Shown one piece after another: positions 1-13,025 of a stretch of 64,000 nucleotides of DNA. The notes under the pieces were generated by a model, which saw nothing but the letters and a program-made list of their open reading frames with translations, was not told where the DNA came from and did no database searches. A program made the translations under genes and the position numbers. This DNA comes from Lama glama (lineage: Eukaryota): NCBI GenBank assembly GCA_028534125.1, contig CM052817.1, positions 34,040,001 to 34,104,000 on the forward strand. Direction: 5' to 3'. Numbering within the stretch: position 1 is the stretch's first letter; every line of letters starts with the position of its first letter.

Positions 1-142
1 TCATTTTTAGGAATCAGAATTAAACCTAGCTCATTCTTTATGCATTAAACATTTTCCTAGTGCAACTTGCCACGTACAGCCCAAACTGTACTCGTGTAAT
101 TTATCCTTTTCAGAATGAGGTCCTGGTCACCAGTGTTAGGGA

Positions 143-295
143 CAGGGCTGGAATTCGGATGAGGCAAGAGAGTTGCCTAGGGCGTAAAATTCAAGGAGGG
201 GCTCAATCACGGTGCTAGCCTATATTTGCAATACCTCGAAGGTGGGTGGGTGCCTTCTTAATTCCTCGCCCTAGATGCTTTTCTTTGCCTCACCT
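143..295. mobile_element. MER91-like hAT DNA transposon fragment
   Basis: cagggctgg...gaggcaagagagttgcctagggcgtaaaattcaagga resembles MER91 consensus. Confidence 0.45.
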
Positions 296-314
296 TAGTA
301 AGGTAAGGCTCTGA

Positions 315-465
315 TAGGGTCCCTTGAAGATTCTCTAAAAAAGCCCATTGCTGGCTAAGATCCTCAGCTTACTAAATCTCCAGGGGCTGGCGGGGGGGCA
401 GCAGGAATGTGCATTTTAACCTCTTCTCTTAGTGCTTCAAATGCTCATCGAAGTTTGAGGGACCT
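315..465. mobile_element. MER5-like hAT-Charlie fragment
   Basis: aatctccaggggctgg...aggaatgtgcattttaac...gaagtttgag motif. Confidence 0.45.
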
Positions 466-3342
466 TCTGCCAGCCTAAGATTCACCAGGACAAGAGCTGC
501 TCCTCAGGTAACGGTTGTGATAGCGGCTTAAAAATCTGCCTAATTAGCCAGCAGGCAGAAACAAGTAGGCCAGCCGGACCCCACCCCTTGCCAACCCTGG
601 CCGTTGTATAACTGCCACCAGGTGTCATGCTGGAAGGCTTGGCTCTGAGAGCAGTTGTACCCAAAGCTAAATGTAATTGATTATGTAATTTTTAGCTGTT
701 CCAATTTTTTTTTAAGTTGAAAAATGTTTTATAGGGTCATTATTAGCTATGTGTTCATTGTAAGAAAAAAATGAGAAAACAAGTCAAAAGAATGAAATAG
801 AATCTATCCTCAACCCATTACTACCAGAGATGATCACTGTGAACATCTTAAGACATTCTTTCAGCCCTTTTTTTCCTACTGGGTTAAAACTGAATTCCAC
901 TGAAAATCCATTACGTAGCATTAGGAAGAACGAGGGACAGAAGAAAGGTTAGTATAAGGACATGGATCTCAGGAAGTTAATTCCCCCTTGAGTCCTACCA
1001 GTTATCTTTGCTCTCCATTCATAGACCCTCCCCTCATCATTAATCTCAGTATGGAAGAAAATTCACACAGCCAGGGATATGTGTGGATTTCTCATCTCAT
1101 GCCCACCACTGCAAAAATAATGTAACTTGTGCCCCTACACGGGAAAGTCACCATTAGGCTTTTCTTCCAGGTCCCTTCTTGTGACTCTAACAGAATTATT
1201 TTGGGATCTGAGGGCCTTGTTCCTTTGGGGGAGACTTAATCACCAAACAGCTCTTATCGTGTGCCTGCCATCGGTCAGACTCTGCTAGGAGTCAGAGGTG
1301 CAGTCAGTAAGGCGCTGTTCTTGCCCTTGAGAACGTACGGTCTAATGGTGGAGGCAGACCACGATGTGGTAGAAGAGCATCAGGTATCCACAAGTGCTTC
1401 CAGAACAGGCAGGCGAGACCAACCCACGTGGCTTTGGAGAGTGAGGATGGCTTGGAGAAGGAGATGACACTTGACTTGAGTCCAGAGACATCCGCCGTAT
1501 GGCGCCTGCAGTCTTCAGCAAATAGCATTCTCCCAAAGTTCCACTGTTTTCTGTGTTATGTCCTACTTTTCAGCCCGATCACACAGTTGCCCACGATAAT
1601 TAAATGAAACTTGCCAGATGGATGCTTTCGCAAGACGATGGCTTGTCTTCTTGCTCTATTTGTGAAAGCTGGCATTGGATCCAGACTCTCAAGGATGCCC
1701 CTACCTTGAGATTGCTTTTGGAGTGTTGCTCTTTTGTGTGTCTTAGCCAAATGGCCTGCCCGTCAGCAGGGCCAGGTTGAATGACAGGTGGGTGTGCCAC
1801 GCATGTGGACACTGATCTCTGCCAAGCCATTTTGCCGCCAGGAGGTGAGGTGCTGAGAGGTTGTTCCACAAAGATGTCATTTACCAATGTTACCTTCCTT
1901 TGAGGAGATAAGCTTCCGATCTGTCAGTCTTTTCCTCTGACCATGTATATTTTTCCTATCAGTTGCAAGATAATTGATGTCAAATTCCCAACGCATCAGG
2001 TTAAAACACATGCACATTCTCATGCTATCTTAATCAATTTTTAGATCACTGAGGAGAATATTTAGTGACAAGTACAGTTAACTTAATTGGTAGCAGACTT
2101 GATTAACGGAGGAGGGTAGGTACTCTGAATAAAAAAGAGTAACTGGATCATTAATAAACTAGTCATTAATAAATTCGTAATCAGTACATTTGTTTCATTT
2201 CTGTGCATCATTCTTGGTTCTTTGTGTGCTCCATCTCATTTAATTGTCACAACGTCCCTATGAAATGGGTACTATTATTCCCATTGGACATACGAGGAGA
2301 CTTGGTGAAGGGCAGAGCAGCTCTGGGTGTTGGGGCTGGTGTGCAAGTCTGCCTGCCACACGCACGGCCGCCCGTCGCTCTGTACTCAGACTTGGTGGCA
2401 GCAGATGCTGCACCACGGATACAGGGTGAGTATATCACCGTTCCTGCCACCAGATGCTTTCAGCGTAGCCGGCTCATTCTCAAAGGGTTAGAATCCTTCA
2501 GATATGTGACCAGTAGAACAACTGAACGTCAGTTCATCTTCCGTTCACTTTAGAAATAACCTCAAGAATTTTCAGTGCTTTAGGGCAGCCTTGATTGAAT
2601 ATCAGTTGATTATTATAGTTACACAGAAATGTCAAATTAGAGCATTCCTGCTGATACAGTTTACTTTTTCAGTGATTGTACTCAGGTTTAGATAGATGTA
2701 TGAATAAAACTCTTGGGCTGGTTAAATTTTCTGTTCATATTTTGCATTTGAAATAAAAATTTGAAGTTAGAAGCCCATATTCTTTCACTCTTACGTTTTG
2801 GCTTCTCTGTAAAAGGGCAGTTCAGATCTTTATCCACACCACCCCCTCCACACTCCTGCCTCTCAAACAAGGAAATTACTCGAGGGCGAGATGGGGGGCT
2901 TCTCTTTTCCTGTAACTCCTAGTTTGATCTATTCCACTTCCTGCAATAACTTGAAATTCCTGCGGCAGTTCAGTCATTTGAAATCCTGATGGTTGGCATC
3001 CCTTAAACTGGATTTCCACCTTTAAAACAGTTGGGAATCCTGGAGTCCTAAATAAAATCCATCTTTCAGAGTCCCCCTCCCTGGAACAGAAACCTGCCAG
3101 GTGGTCCTGCGACCCCAGCCAGGCAGATCTCGGAGAGCCTTGCATCTACAGGATGGACAATGTGCTGCGGCGGGGGCTGAGCAGCGCTGCGGAGGTGGGG
3201 AGGGTCTTTCTTGGTCAGACCCTCACATCCACCCCCCTGCCTTCCACTCGTTGGTTCAGATTTCCCCCTTTGAACAACATGTTCCCTCAGGGTCTTCTTT
3301 AGCCTCGAGGAAGTTTTTAAGGATTCGGGAAGAGTGGAGTGA

Positions 3343-3513
<171 letters not shown>

Positions 3514-4729
3514 TGAGATGATTATTTTGGGTACCTCTTAGCATGCATAAAGAAATGACTGCCATTCGGTTTTTTTAAAAAAGCTTTGTTTTGATTAACT
3601 TTTTTCTATTCATGTGGCTTTTTAGAGGGCCTAATTGCTATATTTTTCTTGGTAGACATTAATTTTGTTTACTGAAAAATGATTACTGAATGACTTCTCT
3701 ATTTTGGTGGTTATCTTTTGGATTTATCATGTAATTTCCAGCCTGCAGGTAGATAAAGCAATTTTCCAGGACAGAGTAATTAGATTTCCAATCTATCCAC
3801 GGAAAGTAATGTGTGTGGGAAATGTGGCTGTAGTTATCATGAAAAAAAGTGCCTCAAAAGTTAATTGCCAAGTTACCAAAAAGTAATGATCATACAATTA
3901 CCACATACACACGGCCCTGGGAAGCTGTGTTTTAAAAAGGTTTTCTCCTTGATTAGGTGCTCAGCTCCTGAGCAGAGCACATCTGGCCTTGTACTTGCTC
4001 TCCCTCACCATCCACACTTAAGCCTTAAATTGTCCTTTCACATTACCTGAAGATGAAAACGGGGTCAGCATTGCTGTTTTTATCCGTCAAATGCTATTTT
4101 ATGCTCAGGCTTTAAAGCCCAGTGTAACATCACAATTGAACAGTCAAGATGATGATAGAAATTTCACTTTTTCACAGAATAGACCTTTTTTTTAATCAAC
4201 AACAAGTTGGAAGAGATTAATAAGATTGTTGTTTTCGTCTGAGTTTTAGTGGAGTATTTTCTTTGGGGAGCAATAGAGGGGTTCGAGACCCCTGGAAAGT
4301 CTGCCCACAGGGAAATCAACCCCAGTAGTTACAGACATCCACTGAGCAAATATTCATGGAGTGCCAACTGTATGCCCGACGTGGGTCTAGTGAGCACAGC
4401 ACACCTGAGTCCATTTGTGAGTTTATATTCTAGTGCATAGAGGTGGCGGCAGGCGAGTTAGATAACTACCACATGCAAGTGTTAAGTGTTAAGGGAAAAA
4501 GTAAAGCAAGGCAAGGGAATAGAAAATTGCTATGCATATGGGGGAGTAATTTAAAATAGGGTCATGTGAGTCTGGCTTCTGATGGTTTTCCATCACGGCT
4601 ACAAGCCAGCGGCACAACCTCTGTCTCCCTGCATGGAGCCTGGAGCTGCAGGGTCCTTGCTTCTGGGGCTTGGGGGTTGTCCTGTTTTCGTCCTTATAGA
4701 CTTGATTTTTTTCTTTTTCTTTTATTTTG

Positions 4730-4880
4730 TATCTATAGGAGATGATAGATGTCCACTAAATGTATTATATTAATGCTTTCATGACGTATGTAAGTCAAAT
4801 CATTATGCTGTGTACCTTAAACGTCTTACAATGCCGTATGGCAGTTCTATCTCAATAAAACTAGAATGAAAGTAAATTTT
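4730..4880 (+). mobile_element. Old L1 (L1MB/MC-type) 3' end in intron 8
   Basis: gtatgtaagtcaaatcattatgctgtgtaccttaaac...tatctcaataaaac, typical L1M 3' terminus. Confidence 0.65.
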
Positions 4881-5524
4881 AAATTTTTTTTAAAATTGAA
4901 AGGAAATGAGGATAATTGGGAATGAATATCTCTTAGTGAATTCACAGGAACTCTGTTTATGATGTTGGTTTTCCTTTAAAGTATTATTTTAACTACTTTT
5001 CAGAAGCCACTGCTTTCATCATTTGATTTAAATTTTTTTTAGAATTTCTTTTTTTCGCTTTGCTCCTCCACGCTCCTCCTTTTTAACCCTTCAGACATCC
5101 TTCCACAATTACTTTATTTATAAAGTCCTCTATTTATAAAGGATCTGAGCCTGCCCTCTTATTTCATTCCCTTCTAATCCTTTCAATAGCCCTCCAAGGT
5201 GGATATTGCCATCCCTGTTTCACGGCTGTGGGAACTGAGTCTTGGAGAATTTAAGCACTAGTCAGAAGTCAACAGAACAGGTGTTTGAGTCAGGATTTCA
5301 AAGGCACATCTCACACCGAAACCGCTTCTCCTCTTTCTCGTCTTCCAAGTGCTTCTCTGCCCACCGTGCCGCAGACGTGCCCATTCATCATCACACACTG
5401 TCCATTGTAAAAGGAAATGTCAGGTCATGAACTTCCGACTTGGTTTTAGAAGTATGCCAAATCCAATGTGTTTGACTGATTACTTTTCCTAGAGTAAGTC
5501 TGGGCTGCTCTTTTTTCCCCCTAG

Positions 5525-5718
5525 ATGTTCTGTTCCCATCGGGCCAGTGGATGTACAGATACAAAACTCCTCTGTATCCCCATTTGGGAAACTGGTGATT
5601 CACAGCTCCATCGATTACAGTGCGTTCAAGCACAATGGCACAGTGGAATGTAGGGCTCACAACGATGTGGGCAAGAGTTCTGCCTTTTTTAACTTTGCAT
5701 TTAAAGGTAACAGCAAAG
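5525..5718 (+). CDS. KIT: KIT exon 9 (D5), long GNSK+ form; alternative donor after 5706
   Basis: ccctag|ATGTTC...; [16 protein letters not shown]...[14 protein letters not shown]; donors AAG|gtaaca (5707) and AAG|gtatat (5719). Confidence 0.97.
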
Positions 5719-5941
5719 GTATATTTCTTTTTAATCCAATTTAAGGGGATGTTTAGGCTCTGCCTGCCATGTCAATCATGATTTTAAGTCCATTCCATCA
5801 TGGGCCATGTCATTTCTGGTAATACCAACATTGCACATTTGACTGTCACCAAACTCACCAAGTTTCATTCTGTACTAGTTACTAAACTAAAATGTCTGTG
5901 GTAATTTTAACCATGTACTCTCTGTACTTTATGTGTGTATT

Positions 5942-5976
5942 CACGTATGTATGTATGCATGCACGTGTGTGTGTGC

Positions 5977-6021
<45 letters not shown>
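5942..6021. repeat. Compound (TATG)n/(GT)n/(TA)n microsatellite, intron 9
   Basis: Directly visible. Confidence 0.95.
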
Positions 6022-6026
<5 letters not shown>

Positions 6027-6911
6027 GTGTATTTCCAGCTGTTTCTGTTAGGAAGGAGTAGAGAAAGAAGATGGGGGAAATAGACTTACCTTATACCAAA
6101 CAGAAATAGGGCAATTGAAATTTTTAAATTCATTTAAACATTATTTAAATTGTTATTTAAAATCAGTTATTTTAACACATTGTCAGACTGTTTCAGAAAG
6201 TTAACACTACCTTCTAGGAAATAATCTCCGTCAGCTAATTCATTAATGTCTGTAAAATTTGATTCATGAGTGACCAGCTCTCCTAATATAAGTTAAATGG
6301 TCCTTGTGACGAATTGATGAATTGGTGTGAAGTCAGGAGACAAAGAAACTGGGCACGAACATCCACAAGACTGATTTTTTGTTTTCTTGGGTTGGCAAAG
6401 GCGAGTGCCAGCAGTGGGGTATGTTCAGTTTTTTTGAGTAATGAGGGGAAGAATCTCACATTGTTCTTCATCATAGGTTTTTTTTAAGACAGGGCAGTGA
6501 AAAGAACACTTTCCAAATGTTTTTCTCGGTTGTGAAAGAAATTCATGCTCAATGTAGAAAATTTGAAAAATAGAGGAAAGCATAAAGAAGAAACTGTAAA
6601 CCATCCATAGAGGAGACATGTTAAAGTTCAGGGCAGGCATTTCAAGTACAAAGTTTGTCCAGGTGTCGCTTTTCATTGACAAATGGCATAACGTTATTCT
6701 TGTACTGTGGAAATCTCAACTTCTTTTCCACACTTGTCTGGTTTAAAGCTGTTATTTTAAAAGATTCCTTTGAATAACAAGAGTAAGATGATAAGGCAAG
6801 GAGCTCAGATACACCTGGTTTGATGGCTGCCCTGAGGGGCTTAAAGGTGGGAGGTGGTGAAGATCTGACCCTCCTCACAGGTTGTGATTCCGGGCTCCTC
6901 TTTCATTTTAG

Positions 6912-7018
6912 AACAAATCCAAGCCCACACCCTGTTCACGCCTTTGCTGATTGGTTTTGTGATCGCAGCTGGTATAATGTGTATCATCGTGATGATTCTT
7001 ACGTACAAATATTTACAG
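6912..7018 (+). CDS. KIT: KIT exon 10 (transmembrane helix)
   Basis: ttttag|AACAAA...TTACAG|gtaact; [36 protein letters not shown]. Confidence 0.98.
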
Positions 7019-7058
7019 GTAACTGTTTATTTGTTCTCTGCCCTGAACGTAGTAATGA

Positions 7059-7307
<249 letters not shown>

Positions 7308-7519
7308 TAATAACTTCCTTTGTTTTATTCCACCTGAAACAATAAGTGTTTCTTGTGCAATTTCACCACCTTTGATAGGTTTGGCATCAAGCATACTTTA
7401 GAGGAAGTGTATCTAGACAGACATGTCCCTAATTCCTTGATTGGTTTTGAAATGACACAAATGGTCCTTCAGTCCCACCACAACCACTGCCACTGACTGC
7501 CTCATCTTCCTTTCTATAG

Positions 7520-7624
7520 GGAAAACCTTGGGTGCTGGCGCCTTCGGGAAGGTCGTTGAGGCCACCGCGTACGGCTTAATTAAGTCGGACGCGGCCATGA
7601 CCGTTGCTGTGAAGATGCTAAAAC
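7520..7624 (+). CDS. KIT: KIT exon 12 (kinase P-loop, VAVK lysine)
   Basis: ctatag|GGAAAA...AAAC|gtaagt; [35 protein letters not shown]. Confidence 0.98.
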
Positions 7625-7686
7625 GTAAGTTCCTGCAGGCCTCTGTGCGTGCTCCACACCTGTGTGCCAGGTTTGGTTTTGGCTAA

Positions 7687-7947
<261 letters not shown>

Positions 7948-9026
7948 TAGATTCCTACCCCGTGGGCTATGGTTCTTAAGAATGTAAATTTTGGCTTTAT
8001 CATCCTGAGATGGGATAGCCTAGGACATATCCTCATCACTGTCATGTATGTCCCATTGACATTGGCCTCTTGACTATCTCAAGAATGTCTCATCTCACCC
8101 AGAAGGCTTTTTTTTTATCTTACAAGCTTTTATGTTTTGTCGGACCACATTTAGTCACAAAAGGGTTAATGTTCATTTGCATACCATAATTAAAAATAGG
8201 CCTCTAAACCCACCAGCTCTCAAATAGACACCAAATGAGCCAACACTTCACTTCTATAAAAAACAAATGTCCAATTCGGAAGCTTTCATTAGCCAAGCCT
8301 CCCATCAAGGCTTTCTATGATGTTTCCAGAAAGCATTTTGGTTGAAAAGAACAAAGATGGGTAAGATGAGCCATTCCTCAAGATCTGGAAAGATCCATGG
8401 TGAAGTTGACAGCTTTATATGTCTTAAAACAGCCCCCATAAACGTTGCTTCACCACATCATGAATTGTTCATGAGAGATTTCTGCCTGAGTTAATTAGTT
8501 GCCCGTTAACTTCTGAGCTGCAGTTTTCAGGCGTTCCCGGCACCAAAGAAAAAAAATTTGACTGATGGGGTCCTGCACACAGGTGATGCCCATTATTCCA
8601 GGGTGTCCCCCACCTTCCAGTCTCAGCTGGCTGTTCTGGTGGCTGGTTTTCCTATTATGCTGCAGTTTGTGCTTGCGCTGAGCATCATTTCCATAATAAC
8701 GTTACCAAGAAGGCTTGAAGCCCCCACTGTAAACACAAGTGAATCACAGAATTCATGCAGGAAGCTTGATAATAATAAAATGGTGAAAGCCATAACTCCT
8801 GTCTGAAACCAGCAGTCACGCCTGGCCCCTAATCACTCAGAAATTCAGGTAAAAAGATTGTTTAGTTTTACTCCACAGAACGCTGCTTTTTGCTAAGCAG
8901 TGCTAATAGATAGGGTTGTACTGGTCCTGAGTAGACTGAGCATTGAACCTGAATGTGAGTGGCCGTGATCACCCTTGGGTCTGTTTATGGGAGGCTCCAT
9001 GGTCTGTTTATCTCACCTCTTTCTAA

Positions 9027-9200
<174 letters not shown>

Positions 9201-11072
9201 TAAGGCTGATTTACATAAATAGCTGTTGACAGGCAGTTCATGGGGTCATAAGGGTTTGCAATCAAGGATGATTCTTTAAAAAAGTGAGCTGAGGTACTTT
9301 GAGGTGCAAAATCAGAATTATTAAATCATTTGAATGTGATTAATGGTTCAGAAAGTTCAAATCGGGTTTTTCAAGATTCAAATAGCGTTGAACTTGAATT
9401 TTTGTTGATTTTTAAAAAATGCATCTTTAGTGCTTTTCTTAGCTTTAGTTCTGTTCAACTGAATGCATTCTGTGCCTGTTTCTCTTATCGCGGTTCTATT
9501 CTCCCATGTCATTCTCTTTTCACTGTTGAGCTGGGTACTGTGTGCATCTTTACAGGGAGACATTGTTTATGGGGAAAATGGGAAGGCCTGCCAGGTTGTC
9601 ACAGTAAATTCCTATAAAACCTGTAACAGAATGTCAGAGAACTCCAACAGCTCTCTGCACGTAGGTTTCTGGCCATCTACCTCTGAATCATTTCTGTATA
9701 CCTTGTCTTTTTTCCTTAACTCATCATGCTATAAAAAGGCACAGCTACTCTAGCACATTTTAAAAAATTCGGCACCTTATTTTCATCTCTTTCATCACTG
9801 GTACCATTCTGAGTTTGAAGGATGTGTCAAGGGCTTCAAGTTTCTTTAAGGAGAGTTGGTGTGGTTTATAGCCGGAATAGAATCCTCTGCCGTGTCTCGC
9901 CTCTTCTTTCCAAGTGTTGTTAAGACTTCCCGGATTCACCCAGCCCAGCAGGAATCATACTCATCACGCCCCGTCCCTTCTACTTTGTATTTCTGCGGTT
10001 GTTTCTTTCCTTTTTATTCACTACATCCCCTACATTTTGAGAAGGCATGGCTGTGTCTCCCAAGCTTAAGTCCGGGCCTTCAAGGAGACCTCGGTAATTA
10101 TTATTATTCACGGGCAGTTATGTCTCTTAAAGTGCTTTTCTATACCTCTGGCTGAAGTGTTAAACCCCAGGTGAGGCTTTTTAATTTCTTTTTTAATCCT
10201 GTAAACTTTGAGTAGTGTCAAGTGGCAGTAAAGTGCAGTACAAACTACCTCTTGTTGGTTCCTCTAGAGCATATGCCCCTTTATGTGAGAAAAAAAAAAA
10301 ATGAGCCACTTTGCCTTATTTCTAAAACCTTGGCCCCATATATATATTTTTTAACTTTCTGAAATAATGGCCTAAATTGTTCAATCCTGTGTAGTGTTCT
10401 TTGTGCTTTGGGATCCCATATGGGGTTGGAACCACCAGCACACTCTGAATGAGATTGTTGTCATGGTGTTTCTATGCTAATCAGAAGCAGGAAGTACTAG
10501 AAATCTTGAAGACTCTCCAGCCAAATGTTGCAGACTCAAGAGGTCCAGATGGTTCAGAAAATCGTCCAAATTATTGGTGTTTATCTGAACCAAACCTGGT
10601 TTTTTTAAACCTCCTTCCATCAGTTGCTGTATGTTAACGATCTCTGTCTCTCCCTCCCCCCACCCCCCCATAACACATCTCAGAAGCTCTGGTTCTTTGT
10701 CTCTTGTCTCTTTCATCTTGCCTCTCTGGAGGCTAATTTAGAGAGTTTGAAGTAATATGGGATAATGGTTTGGTTCTCTGTTTCCCATTTATCCCTGGTG
10801 CCAAGAGATGGGAAATTTATAACCTGAGTCCTGTCTGTGACTGAACACAAAAAAGACCATCTAATTCCTGGGGATTGGATTCTAATGTTGAGTTTTAAAA
10901 ACTCTTATCTCCCTGAACAAGATTTTCTTCATTCAAACTTGGCAATGCTTTCTTCAGATAAAGTCAGCCAATTTTGTAAAAAAGGAAGTGGGGAGATAGA
11001 GCTGCCCCATGGGTGCTCCCCTACTTCCCATTTTACTTAATCTTGATTTGATGGATGTTTCATCTCTCGCAG

Positions 11073-11164
11073 CAGTGATAGTACTAATGAGTACATGGAC
11101 ATGAAGCCCGGAGTTTCTTACGTTGTACCAACCAAGGCAGACAAGAGGAGGCCTGCCAGGATAG
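11073..11164 (+). CDS. KIT: KIT exon 15 (kinase insert; alternative acceptor at 11076)
   Basis: tcgcag|CAG|TGAT...ATAG|gtgggt; [30 protein letters not shown] incl. PI3K-binding YMDM. Confidence 0.97.
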
Positions 11165-11542
11165 GTGGGTACTTCCCAAGCAATAAAAGCAACTGCATTG
11201 ACAGGGTTTCTCGTACCACTGTGGAATAAACACACCAGCATTCCTGGTAGTGGGGCTCTCCTTTACAGTAGGATGCAGGGGCAGTGCTGTGGTCAGTGGC
11301 GGTGAGGAGTTGCAAGTGGGTATTCGGGGTCAGAGCTTGTGTTGTTGTGTCTGAGCATCTGACTGCATCCATGATAACATACATATCAAAATATATCAAA
11401 TACATATTTGGCATATGAAAAATAGGATACTTTTGTATTCATCCACCCTTCTTTTTCCCTAAAGATTTTTTAATTTAGCCCATGACTGGGGATATTAGCT
11501 TTGTGATTCAGCACCTACCTGTCCTTAACACTAGGGAGGTGA

Positions 11543-11839
<297 letters not shown>

Positions 11840-12857
11840 TAGAGCTATAGTTGAGAATGTGGAGTGTCATATGAAGTGTGGTTAACCAGAAACAGAGGAA
11901 ATAGAGTTTCTTCATGTTCCAACTGCTGTCTCTTTGGAATTCCTATTCTCGTGTATAAGCTTTAAAGTGCAAGCCTGTCTCAATGAGCTTTCTATGAATC
12001 TATTTTTTATATGCAATGAATTCATTTAAAACTTGGCTCTTAGGATATAGGAGCCACTCTTAGAAAATAGGGAGAGAATTATTTTATCAGCCAAAGGAGA
12101 GGGTCCTTCATGTAGCTGCAATGCTTTATGAAGCATATACTTGGGTTTTATTGAAGTTAGACCTCAACTATTGCATGGTTCATGAAGTACTGGGGTGAGG
12201 GGTGGAGTAAGGGATCAAGAGAGAGTAATAAACACTTGATGAGACGATGGGGATGGGAAGAGACTGTAGAACCAAAACAAGGAACATGGTCTCTGGTCGG
12301 TGAGAGGAATTCCTTAGGAACTGGGACTTGCAGAATAGAATGAGGTTAGAGATCTTACCCTTAAATGTCACTGGTGACATTTCCAAGCAATTACCAAACT
12401 AAAAGAGGATGTGGATGGCTGAAATAAAGAGCCTCTTTCCTGTGTCCTTGGAGGTATCCAATGGAAAGTTGCAGGCATTTTAGAAACTCTTTAAAAGAAC
12501 ATTCAAAGAGAACCATGCAAAATGAGTTTTCAGTTTTAAAAAATGATCCGACTATTTATAATGTATTTTCCTATGAATGAAAGCAGTTCGCAGAAGAAAA
12601 AAAGCATTTATTCGAGTTGGTTTTGCAAGTGATTATAGTAATTAAGGTCCTAACGACGTGAAACACAAATGTGAACATCATTCAAAGCGTAATTTGGATA
12701 TTTATTTTTGGTGCGCCGAATAGTTTAAAATGTAAAACTAAAGTATTGGCACTGTATAACATAAGCAGCGTTCTAGCATTAAACATAGTTTTCACTCTTT
12801 GAAAGTTTAAAATAAGTTTAAATGGTTTTTCTCTTTTGTCTCCCACTCTCCTAATAG

Positions 12858-13025
<168 letters not shown>

